Shown: piece after piece, positions 1 through 5,630 of the stretch
How positions within the stretch are numbered: position 1 is the stretch's first letter
Layout of the letters: each line of letters starts with the position of its first letter
Assembly: GCA_028275775.1 (NCBI GenBank)
Contig: JAPWTZ010000022.1
Location: forward strand, 1 to 6,017
Direction: 5' to 3'
Source of the DNA: Candidatus Nanopusillus sp.
GTDB lineage: Archaea; Nanobdellota; Nanobdellia; Nanobdellales; Nanobdellaceae
Length of the DNA: 6,017 bases
Made by a program: the position numbers and the translations under genes
Notes under the pieces: model-generated
The model's input: the letters and a program-made list of their open reading frames with translations, nothing else
What the model was told of the DNA's origin: nothing
The model's database searches: none

Positions 1-1136
1 GGACAAAAAAGTTAAGGACTTTTTTAACATCTTTAGGAATTACAATTGGTATAGCTACAATATTTACATTAATTGCATTATCACAAGGATTACAATATTA
101 TGTTCAAAGTGAATTAAATAAATTTGGGAATAAAGCAATATTTATTTTTCCTGGTGCAAGAGCTGGATTTGTTAGTTCTATTTCTGGATATTTTACAAAT
201 AATTTTATTGAAAATATTCAAACATTACCTGGAGTAGAAAAAGTTATAAAAGCATATTCAACCTCTACAATTATTAAATATAATAATTATCAAATACCTG
301 CAGATATATTAATTATTAATACAAAAGATATCAATTATCTAACATATATAGATTATAATATTCTTGAGGGGACTTTTATAACAAACAATAATAATTGCCA
401 AGTAGATTTGGGATATCAAATTGCAAATTCTCCTTCATTAAATAATCAAAAAATAAGTGTTGGAGATTATATAAATATATTTGGACAAAGATGCCAGGTA
501 GTTGGGATATTACAACAAACCGGAGGAAACCCTGATTATACTATTTTATTTCCAGAGGGAGAATATGAAAAATTATTTGGAAATATAAATTATAATTATT
601 TAATTGTAATTGTTTATAATTATAATATAGCATATAATTCAATAAAGAATTATATAAACTCATTAAAGGGCCAAACATATACAATAGTAACTGCTCAATC
701 TATTGAGCAAATTGCAAATCAGGTTATTGGAGGAATATCTATGTTTTCATTAATAATTGCATCAATATCTATATTAATTTCAGCAATAAATATTGTAAAT
801 ACTATGTATACATCTATTTTGGAAAGATATAGAGAAATTGGATTATTAAAGGCATTAGGAATGAAAAATATAGAAGTATTAATTTTATTTTTATTAGAAT
901 CTGGATTTATTGGATTAATAGGTGGTTTTTTAGGAATAACTCTTGGATTCTTTACATCATATATAGCTTCTTCAGTATTAAAATTCTATGGATTTATTGG
1001 ATTACAACCATATATTAATGTACAATTAATAGTCTTTTCTTTAGTATTCCCATTTTTTATAGGTATTTTATCCGGAACATTACCTGCAATAAAAGCTTCT
1101 AGAATCGATCCAATGGTTGCATTAAGATATGAATAA
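1..1136 (+). CDS. ABC transporter permease, MacB/FtsX family (5'-partial, continues upstream of the window)
   Basis: The frame starting at nt 3 is open from the window edge to TAA at 1134-1136. The ORF track starts at TTG 408 only because no ATG/GTG/TTG lies in frame upstream. My translation of 3-407 gives TKKLRTFLTSLGITIGIATIFTLIALSQG..., the typical first TM helix of MacB/FtsX permeases, followed by an extracytoplasmic domain. The C-terminal part has the FtsX signature (NTMYTSILERYREIGLLKALGM, three further TM helices, and the ending LPAIKASRIDPMVALRYE). Confidence 0.9.
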   Translation, partial: TKKLRTFLTSLGITIGIATIFTLIALSQGLQYYVQSELNKFGNKAIFIFPGARAGFVSSISGYFTNNFIENIQTLPGVEKVIKAYSTSTIIKYNNYQIPADILIINTKDINYLTYIDYNILEGTFITNNNNCQVDLGYQIANSPSLNNQKISVGDYINIFGQRCQVVGILQQTGGNPDYTILFPEGEYEKLFGNINYNYLIVIVYNYNIAYNSIKNYINSLKGQTYTIVTAQSIEQIANQVIGGISMFSLIIASISILISAINIVNTMYTSILERYREIGLLKALGMKNIEVLILFLLESGFIGLIGGFLGITLGFFTSYIASSVLKFYGFIGLQPYINVQLIVFSLVFPFFIGILSGTLPAIKASRIDPMVALRYE

Positions 1137-2945
1137 TTATTGTAAATATTTTTTAATTTCTGCCTTTTTATATCTATCATCTATAAAAAATATTTTAACA
1201 TAATCATTTGGAAATCTTATTGCTCTCCCAATTACTTGTTTAATATTTATATCCTTTAATACTTCTGCAAATTCATTATAATCCAAATTATTATCCTTAA
1301 TTATTTTATATATTAATATTGATGCATTTGGTGGTGGAGGATATGGTTTTCCAACAATTACAATTACTTTTAATAATGATTGATTATCCTTTACTAATTG
1401 AATTCCTTCTATAAATCTTGATCTTGCATATGTAAATATTATATCTTTATTTGTTTTTAATATTCTATTCAATGGTTTTTCTCCATCATCTAAAAATATT
1501 CTATCCTTTATATCCAATTTTTCATATATATTTATCATAAAAGAATATGAAGGAAACATGTATAATTGATATTTTTCTAAATTGTTTGCAATAAATTTTA
1601 TATCACCTATTAAATTTTCTATATTATTTTTATCATTTCTTTTTGAATATCTTGAAGAAAAATTATATAATACTTCATAATCCTTTTTTCCATATTTTAC
1701 ATCAACTTTAATATATTCTACATCCTTTATTTTATATAATTTTTGGAAACTTTCTTTTGTAAAATTACTTCCAGACATTAATATTACTGATTTATAATTA
1801 TCAAATACTTTAATTATTTTTTCAAATTTTGTTATATATCCTTCCAATTTAAATAAATTTAATATCCAAAAAATATCTTCAGAATTTATATAATAATATA
1901 ATTTTAATATTTTATTTATATTCCATCTTTTCTTTGGCAATTTAATATTATTCTTTGAAACATACCTTTTATATGTTTCCCAATAAAATGATAAATTATC
2001 CAATAATTTTTCATTAGAATCAAATATTTCCTTTAATTTTTCTCTATCTATATATATTTCTTTTGAAGATTTTTCCATTCTTTCTTTTATTAAATATATA
2101 TCTCTTGTATTAAATTTCTTTGCAATTACATTTTCTATAAATGATAATAATTCATCTGAGAATTTCATTAAATTATATCTTATTAATTCAAAGTCTTGTT
2201 CGGGTATATTTAATGCATTTTTTATAATTTCTAATTCTTTTATTAAATCTTGGAATAATAAATTTTCCTCATTTCTTTTTCCAATACCTCTTTCTATATA
2301 TTTTCTAAATGATATTGAAATAGGATTTATAATTGATGTTAATAAATTATGTGATTCGTCCATTATTAAAAAATCAGGTTCTCCTTCTAAAGATAATACT
2401 TCATTTAAATATTGATTAAAAACATATGGATATGTTGAAATATAAATATTTGAATCAATTTTCTTAAAAGAATGATATATACATTTTACATCCTTCCTTT
2501 TTAAATATTTCTTATATTCTATTTTTGTCAATTTAATAAAATTATAATTATATTTCTTTAATCTTTTATATAATTCTTCTTGATCATATAAAGATTTTTT
2601 ATATATACAATCTGCACATATTATTTCTTCTCCAGATAAATTTGATTTAAAAAATATTGGACATGTTTTCTTTTTATTTGGATATACCCTCAATATTGTA
2701 TTTATTTTAAATGAATCTTCCAAATATCTTTTTATTTCTTCAGTTGTTCTTACAGCAATATGAGTTATAAAATCCTCCTTTGCTAAATAATCAGAAACTA
2801 CTAATGCAATAATTGTTTTACCCGAACCTGTAGGAGAATCTAATAAAATAAATTTTCTATTTTCATTAATATAGTTTAATATTTTTTCTACAACATCAAT
2901 TTGAAATGGTCTATTATTTAATATTGGATAATATTTTTCTATCAT
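1137..2945 (-). CDS. xpd: XPD/Rad3-family (DinG-like) superfamily 2 DNA helicase with 4Fe-4S cluster domain
   Basis: 602-aa ORF. Walker A is DSPTGSGKT (aa 36-44), motif Ia is IAVRTTEE, and motif II is the DEAH-type box LIMDESHNL (aa 193-201). Four cysteines lie between motifs Ia and II (C95-x14-C110-x2-C113-x41-C155), matching the XPD Fe-S cluster pattern. Further motifs are LMSGS (motif III), IEGIQL (motif V), VIVGKPYPPP, and QVIGRAIRFPNDYVKIFFIDDRY (motif VI). Confidence 0.8.
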   Translation of the reverse strand: MIEKYYPILNNRPFQIDVVEKILNYINENRKFILLDSPTGSGKTIIALVVSDYLAKEDFITHIAVRTTEEIKRYLEDSFKINTILRVYPNKKKTCPIFFKSNLSGEEIICADCIYKKSLYDQEELYKRLKKYNYNFIKLTKIEYKKYLKRKDVKCIYHSFKKIDSNIYISTYPYVFNQYLNEVLSLEGEPDFLIMDESHNLLTSIINPISISFRKYIERGIGKRNEENLLFQDLIKELEIIKNALNIPEQDFELIRYNLMKFSDELLSFIENVIAKKFNTRDIYLIKERMEKSSKEIYIDREKLKEIFDSNEKLLDNLSFYWETYKRYVSKNNIKLPKKRWNINKILKLYYYINSEDIFWILNLFKLEGYITKFEKIIKVFDNYKSVILMSGSNFTKESFQKLYKIKDVEYIKVDVKYGKKDYEVLYNFSSRYSKRNDKNNIENLIGDIKFIANNLEKYQLYMFPSYSFMINIYEKLDIKDRIFLDDGEKPLNRILKTNKDIIFTYARSRFIEGIQLVKDNQSLLKVIVIVGKPYPPPPNASILIYKIIKDNNLDYNEFAEVLKDINIKQVIGRAIRFPNDYVKIFFIDDRYKKAEIKKYLQ

Positions 2946-3015
2946 TATAAATTAAAGAATGTTTTATAATTTGAAAAATTTAAAAAATAAATAATGAAAA
3001 ATATTGATAATTGAA
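2946..3015. promoter_or_regulatory. Divergent promoter spacer between the helicase gene (-) and tRNA-Phe (+), with several TATA-like A/T boxes
   Basis: This 70-bp spacer lies between two divergently oriented genes. TATA-like strings include TTTTATAA at 2962-2969 and TTTAAAAA at 2978-2985. A specific box cannot be assigned in this AT background. Confidence 0.3.
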
Positions 3016-3089
3016 GGGGCGGTAGCTCAGACCGGGAGAGCGTCCGGCTGAAGACCGGAAGGTCGTGGGTTCAAATCCCACCCGCCCCA
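3016..3089 (+). tRNA. tRNA-Phe (anticodon GAA), no intron, CCA not encoded
   Basis: Hand-folded cloverleaf. Acceptor stem GGGGCGG (3016-3022) pairs with CCGCCCC (3082-3088), and the discriminator is A3089. D stem GCTC/GAGC has a GG-containing loop. Anticodon stem TCCGG/CCGGA carries loop CTGAAGA (anticodon GAA at 3050-3052). The variable loop is AGGTC, and the T arm is GTGGG-TTCAAAT-CCCAC. Total length is 74 nt and every stem pair is Watson-Crick. Confidence 0.93.
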
Positions 3090-3091
3090 GG

Positions 3092-3095
3092 TTTT
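3092..3095 (+). terminator. Short oligo-T tract immediately after tRNA-Phe (possible archaeal terminator)
   Basis: TTTT begins 3 nt after the discriminator base. Archaeal RNA polymerase terminates at oligo-T tracts. Support is weak because T-runs are common in this sequence. Confidence 0.3.
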
Positions 3096-3223
3096 GATAT
3101 TACTAAATAGCTTTAATGCATAAATAACATTATTATTGAAGAACATAACTAAACTTATTGAGAAGTTATTTTTATCATTACTTTAAATGATAAATTGTCC
3201 TTTCTTTGATATTAAAAATAAAT

Positions 3224-4918
3224 TTAGCTAATATAAATTGAAGGCATTACACCATTTGGAGGATATGCCCTTGCTATTGCCCATTCTACATATTGATATG
3301 AAGTATAACCATCAGTTCCTGCACTTATTTCTAATGTAGGATATTGGAAAGGATTATAATTTAAATTATAATATGTATATGTATATCCATTATTATTTAT
3401 ATTATATGTATCTAATAATGTTAATGGAGCCCATACTAGAGCAGAATTATAGTAGTGATATCCTGTTTGAGCATAAGATGAATTAACTAATAAATATGAA
3501 TAAAATGTTCCTCCAAATCCTGGGAAATATGTACCATTTAAAAATTGATTTGTTACTACGGATTTTAAATATGTTGCACTATTCCAATATTCAAATTGCA
3601 CAAATGTAGATAAATTAGATGTATAACCATAACCACTAGTTCCTGCACTAATACAGCTAATTTGCTGACTTGTATTTCCAAATAATGCTATTATATTTGA
3701 ATCTCCACCTTGGGTATAATTCCAAGCTTCCTCAACAATTAAAGGTATTCGGGGAATATTCCAATTGTTGGGAGGCAAAATATAAGTACTTTCATAACTT
3801 TGATTATTTAGCATTTCAATACCATTTGAAGTTGCTATAGGAGAAAAAGATCCATTATAAATATATCCACTCCATCCATCAAATGTATTATTAAAATATC
3901 CATATGCTATAAATACATCTTGACCATTATCATATTGCATAGTCCCTATAACTTGTTCATTAGTTCCTACATATGGATAATATTGAGAATAATAATTAGT
4001 ACTACTATTTCCTATATACATATATATTGTTACATTACTATTTGCTGGAATTCCATTTGGTAAATTTATCCACCATACATCACAATATGTACTTCCATTA
4101 ATTAACTGTCCTTCATACCATGAATATATATTTGGAGTACTATTACATGTTGTAGTAAAGTATATATTTGATCCATTACTATTTATTTGATTAAACAATG
4201 TTGCATTATTTATATATGCAAAATTATTACCAATATTTATACTTCCATTACATATTGCTATATCTTGTTGAAATGGAGATGGAGTTGAAATAGATTGAGT
4301 GTTATAGATTGTTACAGGTAAATAGGATGATTGACAGACTGAAGTACTTGAATTAGAATAGGGAGGACTGCTCAAAGTACCTGAACTAGAAGAACCAGAA
4401 CTACTTGAATTAGATGTAGTATTTAATGGTTGAGAATTATTAATAGTAGAAAATATTAAATTAAATTTATTATTTAATATATCATAATTATAATTTATTC
4501 CATTATATATAAAATTCATACTTTTTATATAATTTGTATCATTATAATAACATGGATTATTTATTACATAACATAAACTATTACTTCCTATAGAAATTAT
4601 ATTTCCATTATTACATATAATATTACTTCCATTTATAGATATAGTATTTCCATTATTATCAGTAAATATTATTTCAGAATTATTTATATTAATAGGTATA
4701 TTTCCATTATTATAGATATTAAAATATAATATATTATTTGAACAATATACATTATTTATTGTAAAAGATATTATTTGAGATCGCTGTTGAATTTGTTGAG
4801 ATGAAGAAGATGTAATAGAACCAAACATACCTGAAGTAAATGCATAAAAAATTCCAGCAATTGCAACTGTTATAACAATTATTAATATAGATGCTATTAT
4901 TGGAGAAATAGATTTCAT
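3224..4918 (-). CDS. Secreted surface protein: archaeal class III (type IV prepilin-like) signal peptide, pilin-like N-terminal domain, Ser-rich linker, and a large beta-rich lectin-like C-terminal domain (possibly DUF2341 / ConA-LamG-like)
   Basis: 564-aa ORF. The N-terminus MKSISPIIASILIIVITVAIAGIFYAFTSG matches the archaeal pilin N-terminal pattern: a basic residue, a small residue, then xSPVI and a hydrophobic helix. Residues 45-155 are an N/I-rich beta-type domain. Residues 164-198 form a Ser/Thr/Pro linker (TTSNSSSSGSSSSGTLSSPPYSNSSTS). Residues 199-564 are aromatic, Gly and Asn-rich, with a segment YSWYEGQLINGSTYCDVWWINLPNGIPANSNVTIYMYIGNSS that resembles the DUF2341 core as I remember it. 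By hand count there are about 22 N-x-S/T sequons and 9 Cys. Confidence 0.8.
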   Translation of the reverse strand: MKSISPIIASILIIVITVAIAGIFYAFTSGMFGSITSSSSQQIQQRSQIISFTINNVYCSNNILYFNIYNNGNIPININNSEIIFTDNNGNTISINGSNIICNNGNIISIGSNSLCYVINNPCYYNDTNYIKSMNFIYNGINYNYDILNNKFNLIFSTINNSQPLNTTSNSSSSGSSSSGTLSSPPYSNSSTSVCQSSYLPVTIYNTQSISTPSPFQQDIAICNGSINIGNNFAYINNATLFNQINSNGSNIYFTTTCNSTPNIYSWYEGQLINGSTYCDVWWINLPNGIPANSNVTIYMYIGNSSTNYYSQYYPYVGTNEQVIGTMQYDNGQDVFIAYGYFNNTFDGWSGYIYNGSFSPIATSNGIEMLNNQSYESTYILPPNNWNIPRIPLIVEEAWNYTQGGDSNIIALFGNTSQQISCISAGTSGYGYTSNLSTFVQFEYWNSATYLKSVVTNQFLNGTYFPGFGGTFYSYLLVNSSYAQTGYHYYNSALVWAPLTLLDTYNINNNGYTYTYYNLNYNPFQYPTLEISAGTDGYTSYQYVEWAIARAYPPNGVMPSIYIS

Positions 4919-4940
4919 AAATATTCTATATTTTTAATAA

Positions 4941-4947
4941 TATATAA
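4941..4947 (-). promoter_or_regulatory. TATA-like box (TTATATA on the minus strand) about 26 bp upstream of the pilin-like gene ATG
   Basis: The minus strand reads TACTTATATATTATTAAAAATATAGAATATT-ATG. The box centre (4944) is 26 nt from the A of the ATG (4918), and no SD-like motif lies between. This fits a leaderless transcript. The AT-rich background lowers specificity. Confidence 0.35.
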
Positions 4948-5001
4948 GTATTTTTGTGATAATTGCCAGTTAAATAATATAGATAAAAATATAATTTTAA
5001 G

Positions 5002-5101
5002 TGCGGCGGAGGGGATTTGAACCCCTGACGGGACTAACCCATCGGGTTTCTTACTAATAGGGTCTTAAGCCCGACCCCTTTGACCGCTCGGGCACCGCCG
5101 C
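5002..5101 (-). tRNA. tRNA-Leu (anticodon UAA), class II long variable arm, with a 16-nt intron at 37/38; CCA not encoded
   Basis: The reverse complement reads GCGGCGG TG CCCG AGCGGTCAA AGGG G TCGGG CTTAAG [ACCCTATTAGTAAGAA] A CCCGA TGGGTTAGTCCCGTC AGGGG TTCAAAT CCCCT CCGCCGC A. The acceptor, anticodon and T stems are fully Watson-Crick. The anticodon TAA lies at 5065-5067 (complement). The gene is 100 nt, or 84 nt after intron removal. Confidence 0.9.
5048..5063 (-). other. tRNA-Leu intron (16 nt) with a bulge-helix-bulge-like splice motif
   Basis: The 3' half of the anticodon stem (CCCGA) is found only after skipping 16 nt beyond G37. Anticodon-loop CUUA (nt 32-35) can pair with intronic UAAG to form the central 4-bp helix. 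That helix is flanked by 3-nt bulges: AGA (nt 36, 37, intron nt 1) and AAA (last two intron nt plus A38). The distal helix is weak. Confidence 0.75.
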
Positions 5102-5125
5102 GTATTTTATTTTTATTACACTTTA

Positions 5126-5135
5126 TTTTTTAAAT
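5126..5135. promoter_or_regulatory. Single near-palindromic TATA-like element (TTTTTTAAAT) midway between divergent tRNA-Leu and rps8e
   Basis: The spacer is 55 bp. The element centre (about 5131) is about 26 nt from the rps8e ATG (5157) and about 30 nt from the mature 5' end of tRNA-Leu (5101). Confidence 0.35.
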
Positions 5136-5156
5136 CTTTTTTATCATAAAAATAAA

Positions 5157-5576
5157 ATGGTAAATATATACAAAAAAGGAGGATTATCTGTTTATCAAGG
5201 TAAAGATTTAAGAAAAGAAAATGGTAAAATAAAATCTCCTAATAGTAAAAAAAGAAAAGCAAATTATGGAAGATATCCAATTTTAACAAAAATATCAAAA
5301 GGTAATGAAGAAATAAGATATATATTTAGAACAAAAGGTGGAAATTATAAAGTAAAATTAAAAAGTGCCTTATATGTAAATGTACTCAATCCAGAAACAA
5401 AAGAAATTAAAAGAGTAAAAATATCGGGTGTTATTAAAAATCCAAATGATAAAAACTTAGATAGAGAAAAAATAATAACTAAGAATGCTATATTAAATAC
5501 TGAAATAGGAAAAGTTTTAGTAACATCAAGACCAGGTCAAGATGGAATTATAAATGGAATATTAATAAAAGAATAA
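5157..5576 (+). CDS. rps8e: 30S ribosomal protein S8e
   Basis: 139-aa ORF with family hallmarks along its whole length: YQGKDLRK..GK, KKRK..YGR.P..TKI, IFRTKGGNYKVKLKSA..VNV.NPET, and the C-terminal VTSRPGQDGIINGILIKE. Confidence 0.93.
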   Translation: MVNIYKKGGLSVYQGKDLRKENGKIKSPNSKKRKANYGRYPILTKISKGNEEIRYIFRTKGGNYKVKLKSALYVNVLNPETKEIKRVKISGVIKNPNDKNLDREKIITKNAILNTEIGKVLVTSRPGQDGIINGILIKE

Positions 5577-5581
5577 TTTTT
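5577..5581 (+). terminator. Oligo-T (T5) tract directly after the rps8e stop codon
   Basis: TAA at 5574-5576 is followed immediately by TTTTT. A separate TATA-like box for the next gene follows, which suggests independent transcription units. Confidence 0.3.
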
Positions 5582-5586
5582 AAATC

Positions 5587-5611
5587 AATTTATAAAATAA
5601 ATTTATAAAAT
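5587..5611 (+). repeat. Direct duplication of the TATA-containing 12-mer AATTTATAAAAT (5587-5598 and 5600-5611)
   Basis: Two exact copies with a 13-bp period lie in the spacer upstream of the Sm-like gene. Each copy contains TTTATAAA. Confidence 0.6.
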
Positions 5612-5630
5612 CTTCTTGTATATTTTGTTT

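Noticed and set aside
408-410. TTG at 408 as the start codon of the permease
   Set aside because: The frame is open upstream to the window edge, and the upstream translation encodes the expected N-terminal TM helix and extracytoplasmic domain of the family. The TTG is an internal Leu codon.
986-1180. 64-aa minus-strand ORF from the ORF track
   Set aside because: It lies antisense to the conserved C-terminal FtsX domain of the permease and also overlaps the helicase 3' end in another frame. It has no recognisable motifs. Long antisense ORFs are expected by chance where the sense strand is codon-biased, so this is a spurious call.
3016-3140. Minus-strand ORF beginning in the 3090-3223 spacer and reading antisense through tRNA-Phe
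   Set aside because: It is open only because the GC-rich tRNA lacks stop triplets. It has no start context and no coding-like composition, so it is an artefact.
4600-4712. Exact 14-mer TATTTCCATTATTA present three times (4600-4613, 4645-4658, 4699-4712), considered as a tandem, CRISPR-like or slippage repeat
   Set aside because: Spacings are irregular (45 and 54 nt) and the copies lie in frame inside the pilin-like domain. Each encodes the peptide motif NNGN(I/T) (aa 70, 88, 103). With this extreme codon bias, identical peptides produce identical DNA. This is a protein-level beta-strand motif, not a DNA repeat element.
4919-5001. Possible C/D-box sRNA (GTGATAA, a C-box-like string, near 4956-4962) in the spacer between tRNA-Leu and the pilin-like gene
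   Set aside because: No D box (CUGA) occurs on either strand of the spacer. The C-like box has a mismatch to RUGAUGA, and there is no terminal stem. Evidence is insufficient.
5176-5183. Shine-Dalgarno-like AAGGAGGA inside the first 10 codons of rps8e, hinting at a downstream true start
   Set aside because: No ATG, GTG or TTG follows in frame at a suitable distance; the next codons are TTA TCT GTT TAT. The motif simply encodes K-G-G. No other gene in the window uses an SD, and ATG 5157 has a TATA box at -26.
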